Source of the DNA: Catajapyx aquilonaris | Lineage: Eukaryota | Assembly (NCBI GenBank): GCA_000934665.2 | Contig: JYFJ02004450.1 | Location: 1 to 32,068 of the forward strand | Length of the DNA stretch: 32,068 bases | Direction of reading: 5' to 3' | In this document: piece after piece, positions 1-12,126 of the stretch | Layout of the letters: each line of letters opens with the position of its first letter | Position numbering within the stretch: position 1 is the first letter of the stretch | Program-made: the position numbers and the translations under genes | Notes under the pieces: model-generated | What the model was told of the DNA's origin: nothing | The model's input: only the letters and a program-made list of their open reading frames with translations | The model's database searches: none

Positions 1-2
1 TC

Positions 3-722
3 CCCCGAGGTGACCCCTCCAGACTCTTCATCTCCTTCTGGTGGATCTATTCCCTGGTCATCATCATCGGATACGAAGCCTTGTACTTCGGATTCTTAGC
101 GTCTCCAGTTCAGGAGGATTTGCCAGACTCATATCAAGAACTCAACAATAGGCGTAAACAATGGGAATGGGGGACATTTGAAGTTGCAAAGCCTTATTTA
201 GCTGGTGTCTTTTCCGATAATGATTTGGAATACTTTAAACCCATAGCTCGCGATATGATCGATCAGCCGGACTTCACCACCTGCATTCGCAAATCAATAG
301 ATGAAAATTTTGCCTGCATAGCTCCATCGGACGTATTGCTTGCATTGGGGTCACAATACGTAGACAAGGCGGGAAATACTATATTGATGATAGCGACAGA
401 CGCTGTAATATTAGTATTATGTGGATACATTTTGGACAAACACAGCAAGCTGGGTCCAGTTCTTGACAGAATGTCACATTATTACATGGATTCAGGTCTG
501 ATGGGCAGATATGAGAAATACTTGGAGGTCACTTGTTTTCTGATGGGACTTCGGGATGCAAGGAAGCTGGACAGGTTGTATCGACACTCAATGGCTTTAA
601 AGTTTGACCAAATGAGAGGAGTAATGTGCTTTCTTGCCACATGTTGCTGGGGTTGTGGAATTCTCTTCTTCATTGTAGAAATTACATCCGTTAGATCCGT
701 ACAATATGTGCATAATAAATAG
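3..722 (+). CDS. Divergent ionotropic receptor (variant iGluR/IR family), 5'-partial
   Basis: The frame is open from base 3: PRGDPSRLFISFWWIYSLVIIIGYEALYFGFLASP is the pore/M2 region of IRs (degenerate YTANL). It is followed by an S2 lobe (..KHSKLGPVLDRMSHYYMDSGLMGRY), ALKFDQMRGVM and a final TM ending FFIVEI. Stop TAG at 720-722. Confidence 0.88.
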   Translation, partial: PRGDPSRLFISFWWIYSLVIIIGYEALYFGFLASPVQEDLPDSYQELNNRRKQWEWGTFEVAKPYLAGVFSDNDLEYFKPIARDMIDQPDFTTCIRKSIDENFACIAPSDVLLALGSQYVDKAGNTILMIATDAVILVLCGYILDKHSKLGPVLDRMSHYYMDSGLMGRYEKYLEVTCFLMGLRDARKLDRLYRHSMALKFDQMRGVMCFLATCCWGCGILFFIVEITSVRSVQYVHNK

Positions 723-1684
723 AATATTGTAAAATCTCTCAAAATATAATTATTAATGCGTATCGGTTCTATTTACTAATGATTAACTTATTTTACACGA
801 GCTTTATTCTCATTGAATGAGTATTTGGCATTGAAAATTACCGTTATAATATAATTATTTTTTTTCTGGTTCTTCATTATTCATAATATGGTGTCCTCCG
901 AGTGAGATCAACTAATTGCAAGTTATTTCAAATATCATTTCAAGTGAGTAAACGGAACTACGTGTGTACGCGCTCCACTGTAACTCGATGCGCAATGGTA
1001 AGAACTATAAATAATTTTTGTAGTTGTCTCTCAATGTAAGAAACAAGGCCAATTATATTTGTAAATAAAGTAATCTTCGATCGATGTAGATAGCCATTTT
1101 TGGTACCATAAAAAGTGTGAATAATTAATACCTTTAAGCCAACGAAATTACACCCTCCAATGAATAATATATCTGATTGCCAGTAAGGGTTTCTCTATCA
1201 TACCTATATGGTGATGACTATGAGATGAATGAATTTTAACTACGTTAAAAACTCACTAGTTGCATATTGACGAAGACCATTCCTGCTTATTGTGAAGTCA
1301 ATAACATTTTTAAACTTCACAAATAATGTACTCTAATCCGATGAAATTCGTGTGATTCATGGGAATTAAAACATGAAGTGCATTTCCTCACACAGAGCAA
1401 AATATTTATGCAATTTCTTGATCCTTTGAAGTTTATCAGCTTGGCTTTCCACAGTATGATTAAATATAGGTACGATGATTGTTTTCAGCCATTTACGCCC
1501 CTTTGTCAGTGATGATAGATTTGGGTACCTGTACGAGTTTAGAAGTAATAGTTTATGGTATACCTGGTTCAATCATTTCTAGACAATGTAGCTAGATGTC
1601 GCTAGCTATCTATACCCTAATATCTGATGCACTAAATCTGCAATATTTGAAAATATTTATTATGCGAGTGTGACAATCCCTGCT

Positions 1685-3249
1685 TTATTCACTCGTGCTG
1701 CAATGTTCGCCGCCCTGAAACTGGGCCAGTACGATCAGGTATGTTGTGACAGATCCAGCCACCTAAAAAATGACAAAAGTGCACCTACATTAGCAGTGGT
1801 CATGATAATATTTTGTCACTTATTATTTTCAGTCACCAAATATATTTACGGCAGTGAGTAGTCCACGATTGACTGTGAAGTAATCGGCAGCCGATATCTC
1901 CATTGATGTGCTGGTCATTAGCTGGATGAGTGATTCCAGCTGGAATATCGACGGTTTGTTAACATATGCAACAAGGATAATGGGACTGTAATGTAAAGAT
2001 GCTCACATTTGCTTTCGTTTTGGGGGCAGTAGTGAAGCGATTGGCCAAAATGAGATATGGCAACGATCTTGTGCTCTGAAAATAGATATTTCAATCACTT
2101 GCATGTGAACTCTAACGATTCTATCAGGACAAATGGGATCAACAAAAAGGTTCAGGACTTAATTTGGACATTTTAGATCGCTCCTGCACAGTAAAATATC
2201 ATAAGCTTCGTGCCTCCTCCATTTAAGCTCCTTATGGCATTTAAACTTAAAGCAGAAAAGTGTTAATAAATAATTTCACTTACTATTCGTGGAACCGATC
2301 CCAATATAATTGTGAAAGAAACAGCTGACCACAAGCTGAAACCTATGGTGAGTAGACACGCAACAGTAGAGAGAGGAAGGAGTGTTCGCAAAAACAAATA
2401 GAAAAGCATAGTAGTGACAAACACAATGAGTTCCAGGTATAGAAAGGCAATGCACAATCCAAAGGTCCTGCTCATGAATCCTACCAAAAGACACAGTTCT
2501 TGATACAGGTCAGTGGCAGAGGTCAACTTCTTCAGCATTTTGTGATCATCGTTCCTATGTTCATTAGTAGACGCACGTAATGAAGCACACATTTGCGAAA
2601 TTTCCTTGCTGAATTCAGTCAGTATGAGTCGAATGATGTTTGCCAAATATGATATTAATACAAGAATCAGGTGGACCTGAAATGAGCAGTGGAATTTCAC
2701 AAATAGAGAGAACACGTTGCCTGGTACGAACAGGACTCCCTTAGTGGCATAAGAGATAATAAACATAGAGAGGGAGAGGACAGGTGTCACTATGGTGAAG
2801 ACAACCATCGACGTTGAGCATCGTCGCAGTGTCTTTGTGTGTTGTTTCAAGCTCAGTCGAGATAACCGACGGATCAGCTTCAAGATTTGAGGCACCGATG
2901 CTTGAACCAGGATGTAATTGAGCCAAGGACCTCCGTGTATGACTCCTTCCAGGAACAGAAATGTTACCCATTCTGTTCCACCTTGTTCGTTGCTCCTGCG
3001 CCACTCTTCCATTGGGAAGCAGATGAACACTACTATGTAAGTGGCCAGCAGAATGAAGTGCACCACTGCAGGCCACCGTTGGTACCACTTCCAACTCTGC
3101 TCTTCCCTGGGCCAAGGACAAGGACCGATTCCTCCAAAGGTGGCCAAGATGGAGAGTGGTCTGAACGCGATCCAAAACGCGTCAGAATTATTGTATTCAG
3201 ATGGTTTCGCTTCTTCCACCTGAATCACAGGGGACATTCTGAATGGCAT
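1685..3249 (-). CDS. Gustatory receptor (7tm_7 family), copy A, intact, ~400 aa
   Basis: Exons 3249-2284, 2075-2007, 1939-1850 and 1762-1685, with three phase-0 GT-AG introns. The C-terminus LESLIQLMTSTSMEISAADYFTVNRGLLTA|VAGSVTTYLIVLAQF contains the Gr TM7 signature TYhhhhhQF. Confidence 0.92.
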
Positions 3250-3864
3250 TATTAAACGATTCAATATTTGAATGTCCCTTTTGTTCAACTGCAATAACAA
3301 TAGTTGTAAAAGAAACTGCACGTCCTAAAATCAGTTGCGTACAACTTTTGAGAAAAAAACTGTTTCTACCGATTCTACAAACCCGTGCTGTAACTTGCGC
3401 GAGTATGTCACTAACTGAATATCTGCAAGGTAGTGAACTGGGTTCAATTAAACCACTCCCACTGAGGATATGCGGTTGTCAATAGACTGTCGGGTGTGGC
3501 TGGAATCTTGTCCATTAATTTATTAATTGCGCGTTGTCTAGAGCATAATAAATATTGTGGCAAATAATGAGGACAGAGTAGCTGTGCCAAGCGTGTATAG
3601 ATAATCGTTAAAAAATGTTGGGAGAGAAACACCCTCTACGATGATGTGTATACTCGCTCTATATACCGTATAGTAATACTGCGTATTAGTGTATATTACA
3701 GCTCATCTTTTGGACACTTTTAACCTGTTTTCTGAGCATATAATATTGATCTTCCGACTCTACAGTCAGAAAGGAAGGTTTATTACTATTGTCATAATAT
3801 GTGTGTGTTATTAATGTTCGTCATTTTGCATCGGTTTCGTGGACTCATTATATTTCACAAACTT

Positions 3865-4140
3865 GTGTAAAAATGACCCATTACTGCAAGTTTGAGAAGA
3901 CAAGTGTGGTCGCTTATATCATATTCGTTGTTGTATGGGTGCTAACCCGCCTCTAAATCTATCCATTTTGGGTGCTACGGAATGAATATATTGTTCATTA
4001 CTTTTCATTGTTGCCATGATTAACCACGAAAAGGCCACGAACATTTGTTAATGTACATAATTTTTTCCATGCAGGCGAAGAGCGACCACCTCAGTTGTTC
4101 CAGTGACAACGTTTCTACTGATAAAAGTCTGGAGGAATAA
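3865..4140 (+). pseudogene. Ceramide synthase relic (exon 5 and exon 7 remnants)
   Basis: Near-identical to CerS exon 5 (acceptor lost, TAC>TAA in RL*IYPF) and to intron 6/exon 7. Exons 1-4 and 6 were removed by two deletions. Confidence 0.88.
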
Positions 4141-4191
4141 AATATTATAAATGACCACTTGATCCCAGATTTAAATATGGCCATTTGATTG

Positions 4192-4594
4192 GCACAGTCT
4201 CCCTCTCTCTCTGTCCTGTACAGCGCTTGGAGTTCGGGTGTGGATTTCCGTATGCTGGTTCTTCTCGCTGGCCTGTGGGTGTTCTGGTCGTTTGGAGGAG
4301 AATATTCTAGTCACTTGGAGGAATTTAACAGTTGCTGATTCCTCTTCCAGGGAGGGGGGGATTTCTCAAGTAGCGCGTTGCATAGTCGTGTAATATTTAA
4401 ATTTAATAATTAATATTGAGAGTTTGTCGTCTGAGATGGGCAGGGGTGGGGGCCCGGATGGGTGGTTTATAGACTGGTTTTTACCAGTTTTAATTCAGTT
4501 CATATTGTGGGTTAGCTTGTGGCTCCCGTCATCGCTGACTACCCCTTATAGGGAAACGTCGTGATGGTGTTGTTGTTGTTGTTGCTGTTGTTGT
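4192..4594. mobile_element. Unclassified insertion at the duplication junction, ending in a hammerhead-like motif and (GTT)n; possible Penelope-like fragment
   Basis: The segment has no counterpart in either duplicated unit. It contains CTGACTA-CC-CCTTATAGG-GAAACGTC at 4535-4560 and a (GTT)n tract at ~4568-4594. Confidence 0.35.
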
Positions 4595-5032
4595 AAAAAC
4601 TCATTATTTTGTGATATTGACGAAGACCATTCCTGCCTATTGTGACGTCTATAACATTTTAAAACTTCACAAATGATGTACACTAATCCGATAAAATCCG
4701 TGTGATTCATGTGAATTAAAACATGAAGTGCATTTCCTCACACAGCGCAAAATATTTATGCCATTTCTTGATCCTTTCAAGTTTGTCAGCTTGGCTTTCA
4801 ACAGTATGATTAAATAGGTACGATGATTATTTTCAGCTATTAAGGCCCCTTTGTCAGTGATGATAGAATTGAGTACCTGTAAGAGTTTAGAAGGAACAGT
4901 TTATGTTATGGTATATAGCTAGATCAATCATTTCTAGACGATGTAGCTAGGTGTTTCTAGCTATCTATACCCTAATATATGATGCACACACTAAATCTAC
5001 ATAATTATTATGCGAGTGTGACAATCCCTACT

Positions 5033-6591
5033 TTATTCACTTGTGCTGCAATGTTCGCCGCCCTGAAACTGTGCCAGTACTATCAGGTATGTTGTGACAG
5101 ATCCAGCCACCTGCAAAATGACAAAAGTGCACCTGCATTAGTTGTTGTGGTCATAATAATATTTTGTCACGTATTATTTTCAGGCACGAAATATATTTAC
5201 GGCAGTGAGTAGTCCACGATTGACTGTGAAGTAATCGGCAGCCGATATCTCCATTGATGTGCTGGTCATTAGCTGGATGAGTGATTCCAGCTGGAATATC
5301 GACGGTTTGTTAACATAGTGAACAAGGATAATCGGACTGTAATGTGAAGATCGATGCTCACATTTGCTTTCGTTTTGGGGGCAGTAGTGAAGCGATTTGC
5401 CAAAATGAGATATGGCAACGATCTTGTGCTCTGAAAATAGATATTTCAATCACTTTCATGTGAACTCTAACGATTATATCAGGACAAATGGGATCCAACA
5501 GAAAGGTTAATTTGGACATTTTAGATCGCTCCTGCACAGTAAAATATCTACAGCTTCGTGCCTCCTCCATTAATCTATGCCCCTTATGGCATGTAAACTT
5601 AAAGCAGAAAAGTGTTAATAAATTTACTTACTATTCGGGGAACCGATCCCAAAATATTTGTGAAAGCAACAGCTGACCACATGATGAAACCGACGGTGAG
5701 TAGACACGCAACAATGGAGAGAGGAAGGAGTGTTCGCAAAAACAAATAGAAAAGCATAGCAGTGACAAACACGATGAGTTCCAGGTATAGAAAGGCAATG
5801 CACAATCCGAACGTCCTGCTCATGAATCCTACCAAAAGACACAGTTCTTGATACAGGTCAGTGGCAGAGGTCAACTTCTTCAGCATTTTGTAATCATCGT
5901 TCTTATGTTCACTAGCACGCAACGAAGCACACATTTGCGTAATTTCCTTGTTGAATTAAGTCAGTATGAGTCGAATGATGTTTGCCAAATATGATATTAA
6001 TACAAGAATTAAGTGAACCAGAAATGAGCAGTGGAATTTCATAAATAGAGAGAACATGTTGCCCGGTACGAACAGGACTCCCTCAGTGGCATAAGAGATA
6101 ATAAACGTAGCGAGGGAGAGGACAGGTGTGACTATGGTGAGGACAACAATGGACGTTGAGCATCGTCGCAGTGTCTTTGTGTGTTGATTTAAGCTCAGTC
6201 GAGATAACCGACGGATCAGCTTCAAGATTTGAGGCACCGATGCTTGAACCAGGATGTAATTGATCCAAGGACCTCCGTGTATGACTCCTTCCAGGAACAG
6301 AAATGTTACCCATTCTGTTCCACCTTGTTCGTTGCTCCTGCTCCACTCTTCCATTGGGAAGCAGATGAACACTACTATGTAAGTGGCCAGCAGAATGAAG
6401 TGCACCAGTGTTGGCCACCGTTGGTACCACTTCCAACTCTGCTCTTCCCTGGGCCAAGGACAAGGACCGATTCCTCCAAAGGTGGCCAAGATGGACAGTG
6501 GTCTGAACGCAATCCAAAACGCGTCAGAATTATTCTATTCAGATGGTTTCGCTTCTTCCACCTGAATCACAGTGGACATTCTGAATGGCAT
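5033..6591 (-). pseudogene. Gustatory receptor pseudogene, copy B (recent duplicate of copy A)
   Basis: Exons 6591-5632, 5430-5362, 5290-5201 and 5110-5033 align to copy A. It has two nonsense changes, TAC>TAG at 6535-6537 (codon 19) and GAA>TAA at 5956-5958 (codon 212), plus a 6-nt in-frame deletion. Confidence 0.92.
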
Positions 6592-7364
6592 TATTGAACG
6601 ATTCAATATTTGAATGTCCCTTTGGTTCAACTGGAATAACAATAGTTGTAAAAAAAACTATTTCTACCAATTCTGCAAACCGATTCTACAAACCTGAATA
6701 TGCACGTAAACTGTAACTTGCACGAGTATATTACTAACTGAATATCTTCAAGGTACTGGGGTTCATTTCAACCCCTCCCACTTATGATTTGTGGGTGCCA
6801 AGAGACTGTCGGGTGTGGCTGGAATCATGCCCATTATTTCAATGCTCCTTCTCTAGAGCCTGGTAAATAGTGTGGCAAGTAATGAGGACAGAGTACCTAT
6901 ACCAACCGTGTATGTATAGATAATCGTTAAAAAATGTTGCGAGGGAAACCCCCTCTACGATGATGCGTATATACTCGCGTATATGCGAGTAGTAATACTC
7001 TATTATATTACAGCTCATCTTTATCTTAAAGCCATTGGACACTTTTAACCGTTCTGTTTTGTGAGCATAATTGATCTTGCGAATCTACAGTCACAAAGGA
7101 AGGTTTATTACTATTGTCATTCGTTTGTGTAATAATTAAAGTGCGTCATTTTGCATCGGTTTCATGGACTCATTTAATTTCACAAACTTAAGGGGGCGGA
7201 TAATACTGGAATACACATGTGGCACATATTCCACACAATCATGCAACAAGTAATAAGGGAATGGAACAGCCGCAGTGTAAGTGAATTACTATATTATGCC
7301 CAGACATATGGCAATCAGGGCGCACAGAGTCAGTGTGTGTTGGCCAAGGATCTTTGTCACACGC

Positions 7365-9313
7365 ATGATGTGGGAAGTAGGCGAATCCGAGTGTGACTTT
7401 GGCAGCCTCTGGGGCATCAGGGTCAGGTCATCATGCCATGGGGGAGGAGGAGGAGGAGATGAAGGAGGGGAGACCACCACCATCCGGGGGAGGAAGCTGG
7501 AGGTGGACCTGGTCTACTGCCCTCTGGCCATCGCCATTGGACTCATCATGATCAGGAAGATAGTTCTCAAGTGGTAGGACTTGCCTTTCAGAATCCAGGA
7601 CATAATGAGAGACCCCAAATGACCAAGTGAACTAATAGCACTATTGTTTGGCATACACTTTGCTACAGCATGTATCCTGCGGGACACCTGCTGGGCTTGC
7701 ATCAACCCAAACAGAGGAAACCAGTAGAAAACCATGCATTGGAGGCAGCGTATAAGCATAACAAAAAGCTGAGCCAAAAACAAGTCAGTATGTGGTGTTA
7801 GTGTAATGTGATACACTTCCATAATTTTTATAGTGCCAACAAATTCCATAAAAATATGAGTAATTCCAATGCAGATTGCAGGACTTTCGAAGCAGTTGGA
7901 CTGGGAGGTGAGGAAGGTGGAGAGATGGGTGAGGTTGAGATGGAGGATGGATCAACCTTCGAAGCTGGACAAGTTTGCCAAGGCAGGAGGACAATTAATT
8001 TTCTACATACTGGCCTTTGTCTATGGTTTCTCCATCTTGTACGACAAACACTGGGTCTAGAACCTAGATGGCTGCTGGAACGGTCATCCAAACCATGTGA
8101 GTTTGGCAATAGATTGGATATTGGCCAATCTTGATTTTTTGGCCTCTATAAAAATTTGCTTCCCTATCTTTCCATTTATCCCCCCCCCCCCCTACGGGGT
8201 ATTCGGGGGAGATGAAGGGTGTAACCCCAGGTTGGGTTCGAACCCGGGACCTTATCATCCGTGGGCGCGTACGTTACCGCAGTGCCACTCCGTCTCCCCT
8301 CATTGATGTTATTTCCGCTCATGATAGTGAGATTCCAATATCTCAATGTTTTAGTTCCAGTAAATTTCAGTTTAAATACACCGCTTTACCACAAATAATC
8401 AATTCCTAATGCTTTCAGGAAGTAGACACATCCATTCGGATGTACTACATGATTAAACTAGGCTACTACTGGTCTGAATGCGTTTTGATTTTCTTCGATG
8501 TCAGGCGGAAAGATTTCTATGAGATGCTTGTGCACCATGTGGCCACCATTATACTCTTGTCATTCTCGTGGGCCTTCAGTTACTTCCGCATAGGGGCCAT
8601 AATTGCTTGTCTTCATGATTTAGCCGACATCTTCCTACAGGTTAGATACTGATAAAACAGTAATCCCTGCAATCACAATACTTTTGTTTCAATAGGGTGT
8701 AAAAATGACCCATTACTGCAAGTTTGAGAAGACAAGTGTGGTCGCTTATATGATATTCGTTGTTGTATGGGTATTAACCCGCCTCTACATATATCCATTT
8801 TGGTTGCTACACAGGTAAGATGTGTGACTGTTTCCATTGTTATCAATTTTCATTTTTTAAATTTCTCAGTGTCATTTATCAGTCCATAACCGGCAAGTAT
8901 CCTGTGCTTTCCTTGTTGGCTGGCCTCCTGATGATCCTCCAAGTTTTGCACATATTTTGGACTTACTTTGTTCTGAGAATGATGATGAATGTTATCAACC
9001 ATGGAAAGGTTAGTGTCTCTCTATTGCAATGGAAATCAATTATGCACTGTCAAAGTTCCCTGAAATCATTCCAGTGAGAGAATAGACCTCTGATAACAGA
9101 TTTAAAAGAAGCATCATGTTGGAATATTGATTCTAGCTGCACCTGTTTTACTATATTTAATGAATTATTGTCAATTACTTTTCATTGTTGCCATGGTTAG
9201 CTACGATAATGCCACGGAAATTTGTTAATGTACATTTTTTTATGCAGGCGAAGGGCGACAGCCTCAGTTGTTCTAGTGACAACGTTACTACTGATAAATG
9301 TCTGGAGGACTAA
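7365..9313 (+). pseudogene. CerS: Ceramide synthase (Lass/CerS, schlank-like; homeodomain + TLC domain) with one premature stop
   Basis: Exons ~7365-7573, 7669-7783, 7875-8096, 8419-8640, 8696-8814, 8870-9008 and 9248-9313 are phase-consistent. Homeodomain-like IAGLSKQLDWEVRKVERWVRLR and Lag1p motif RKDFYEMLVHH...LHDLADIFLQ are present. In-frame TAG at 8058-8060 replaces a conserved Trp. The start codon is uncertain. Confidence 0.85.
8180..8299 (-). mobile_element. tRNA-derived SINE (short/head fragment) in CerS intron 3
   Basis: The minus strand reads GGGGAGACGGAGTGGCACTGCGGTAACG (box A-like) and GGTTCGAACCC (box B), ending in a G run. There is no clean acceptor stem. Confidence 0.6.
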
Positions 9314-9909
9314 TACATTGTAAATGACCACTTGATCACAGACTTAAATATTTCCATGTGATTGAAACTACAGAATTTGGCGTGTATTCGCTTCAGTTGG
9401 ATATAATAATTATAATATTATATGCATGAATGTAGGCCTATGGCATTTTTCACATCATTTTTCTCACTGATTGCTAAAAATATTAGCATACCCATGACAA
9501 CAGCAGTGGCTGAAGTCTTTTAAAAAAATTAAAACGCTACTTACCAATATCTCCCACGAAAACATTCTCAACCAACTCCTGTCATCGGGACCTGCTGTCC
9601 GTTGTTATATTCACATGTTCCAATGAATGTTTGCATTATTGGAGTTTGACAGGATTGCGTAAGAAATCCCTGAACACAATCACATGGGGCACCTGTTCTT
9701 TTCTCTCTACCACATAGCAATTCCCACAAAATAAAGCAGCTAACAACAATAGAACAATAAATTACTCGATCTACGGGCTTCTCATTATGTGCACACAGTA
9801 CGTGGCTTTATTGCAAAAATCAAACCATATACGCGTATTCACCCTCATTTGATACCAGAAACCAGCAGATGTCTAGTGCGTCGTGAAATCAAGTGCTTTT
9901 TATACAAGG

Positions 9910-10052
9910 GCCGTTTTCTCGAACAGTGGTTCAAATGTAAACCGGGTTCTAAGACAGTTTAATCCCTGATTTGATTGTTGTTAGGCTGTTGTCAAGGGTT
10001 TAAACCGGCTTTGAACCGGGTTTACATTTGAACCACTGTTCGAGAAAACGGC
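9910..10052. mobile_element. MITE, 143 bp
   Basis: A 34-bp perfect terminal inverted repeat GCCGTTTTCTCGAACAGTGGTTCAAATGTAAACC extends imperfectly to ~60 bp. No clean TSD. Confidence 0.75.
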
Positions 10053-10141
10053 ATTTATGTCCTGGCTTCAGTAGATTATACATTATAATAATGTAGTTCA
10101 GAGCACTATAGACATGTTTTGGCAACTTGCTCATTGTTGTT

Positions 10142-10154
10142 GTTTACTGGCAAC
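10142..10154 (+). promoter_or_regulatory. Candidate RFX X-box-like element upstream of orphan gene X1
   Basis: GTTTACTGGCAAC ends 95 nt before the ATG. The equivalent GTTGATTGGCAAC ends 94 nt before the ATG of paralogue X2. Confidence 0.4.
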
Positions 10155-10248
10155 CCACCTCAATGTACTCCGACTTCAGCCAATCTGATGTCCGTTATTT
10201 CGGACATCTTTTACATTTTGTTCCTTATCGACTTGAAATGTAAGGAAG

Positions 10249-12126
10249 ATGCCGCGCCCCCTTAGGATTCCACCCAGAGCTGTTCATCGCCATGTAGTTC
10301 ATATCGTCAAGAAAAAATCATTCTTCAAGAATCCAGACCGAATCGAAAGATGTAAGCTATCATTCAATAGCATATTACTGTATAGTATATGGTTTTCTTA
10401 TTGTCCTCTCTTACTTTCTTCTGTTACTGTACAGTCCTACCCTACATGACTACTGATAATGAATGCTAAATAATGAAACACAAGGTGGGCCTAATGAAAT
10501 ATTCTCACTCTCATTATAGCCGTCAACTTTGCTAAGATCAGGTCACTGTCCATCGAGGGCGAAATACAAAACCTTAAGAATAAGCTAAACGCTCTGCAGA
10601 AACCCATAGGTAATGTAATTGATGGGACTCTGGATTCTGATGATGAAGTTTACGATGGACCATATCAAGAGGGGTTCCATTTTCCGATGGAATACGGTGC
10701 ATGTACCACACCTAATTATAACCTTGACATAGGGAGTCGACGTTCTACACCGATAGAACCTCCTATCAATGTAAAATACGCTCCAAATATCGTAGTAGAA
10801 CCGACCTATGGCTTCAGGAGACAAACGGTAACAGATCAAGATCGATGTAAGTACTTTTTAATTCATTACAATGACAGTAGTTGTAATGTCGTTTAATGAT
10901 CCACAGGATTTTAATTTAACGAGATAGTACAGTACTTTTATTGCAATTTCAAGACTGTCTATTGAGGGTTGCTTGGGTTACATGAATGATTCATACAGTA
11001 GTAGTGTCAGGGAGCATGTACTACGTAAGAGGCGCAAACATTCGATTTCTGCGTCTCTCTGTTTGGGTCGTTGCCAAGGCTGGCGGCCATTTTGAAGTGT
11101 GGGTAACGCCAACGAGGCAAAAATAGAGTCGCCATCTTTGATTTGAGCGTGTTCTTGCCCTTCTTGCCATGTAGTTGCCATGGCCGCCACAATCATCAAA
11201 GATGGCGGACCCTATTTTTGCCTGTACCCTATTTATATACCTCGTTGGCGTTTCCCACACTTCAAAATGGCCGCTATCCTTGGCATCGGCCCCAAACAGA
11301 GAGACGCGAACATCAAAGGCGCCTCTTATGTAGTATATGCTCCGTGATAGTGTGAAGATTGGTTTTTGACAATTTCTAGGTGCGTATCATGATCGCATAA
11401 AAATGCTGCGGGGTCTGACCCATGCACGTGATGAGATGCTTCGCCAGTTCCAGCTTCCACGTATGCCACTACAAGGGATGTGGGACCAACCACTTAGTCA
11501 TGGTGAGTATTTCTAACTGCAGACAACTATCTCCATAACAATAAGTTTAATCAATTTTAGTGGTGGAAAATATGAAAAGTGAGCTGCCTGGTATACAGGA
11601 AGAGAAGAACAGGAGCGCTTACGAGAAAACCATCAGAACAATAGAAAGTATATGCGAAAAATGGGGAAAAAATGAGGAAAAGCATTTCTCAGATGCTTCA
11701 GTGCCAGGTGTTCAGACACTGAAGGATACGTACTTCAGGATGTGCAATGACGCGCCCAGAGCAGAGTACGACCTACTATGGTTCTGCCGCCAAGAACGCC
11801 AGACATACAGAACTGAACAGACTAAAAATGGACGGAAATATAAAATAGAAGTATCTCCAAATGCTCCTGAAGCACACAACTATTCTAACGTTTCTTTCAA
11901 GAAGAAGTACGAAAAATTGAGATTGCCGAAGATACACGAACCTCAGAAAAAACCTTGGGTGAAACGTATGGAAATTGAATTAGCAAAGCCCAAGATAAAG
12001 GCATGGAAGAACCCTTCCAAATTCGATGGTCTGCCACAACCACTCTCTACACATGCATTTGCAAAGTTGAGAGCCATGAAATGGAAGAAGCCAACTTGTC
12101 AGGAGAAAGACATGCCCAGAAAATAA
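10249..12126 (+). CDS. Uncharacterised protein X1, 372 aa, 4 exons
   Basis: Exons 10249-10351, 10520-10846, 11380-11502 and 11561-12126 (1119 nt), with three phase-1 GT-AG introns and no internal stops. Structure is identical to paralogue X2. Confidence 0.85.
11008..11346. mobile_element. Foldback MITE, 339 bp, in X1 intron 2 (CA...TG termini, possibly P-superfamily)
   Basis: CAGGGAGCATGTACTACGTAAGAGGCGC ... GCGCCTCTTATGTAGTATATGCTCCGTG, with inverted arms over 120 bp. Flanks GTAGTGT / ATAGTGT form a 7-bp TSD with one mismatch. Confidence 0.8.

Larger units (their letters stand above)
1246..4191. repeat. Tandem segmental duplication, copy 1 (Gr + deleted ceramide synthase)
   Basis: 1246-3864 is collinear with 4594-7189, 3865-3978 matches 8697-8810, and ~3980-4191 matches ~9159-9364. 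Confidence 0.9.
4594..9364. repeat. Tandem segmental duplication, copy 2 (Gr pseudogene + ceramide synthase)
   Basis: Collinear with 1246-4191 apart from two blocks deleted from copy 1. Confidence 0.9.

Noticed and set aside
2741..3255. Overlapping alternative-frame and antisense ORFs (144 aa, 122 aa), repeated at 6083-6597 and in D/E
   Set aside because: Shadows of the Gr coding exons. Their recurrence simply reflects recent DNA-level duplication.
3250..3321. N-terminal extension of the Gr A ORF in the ORF track
   Set aside because: Non-ATG start, not conserved in frame in copy B. Copy F starts at the position equivalent to ATG 3249.
8210..8299. Functional tRNA gene
   Set aside because: Box A/B-like motifs are present but there is no convincing acceptor stem or poly-T terminator; better explained as a SINE head.
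10978..11355. ORFs on both strands within X1 intron 2
   Set aside because: Products of the palindromic MITE, with no protein motifs.
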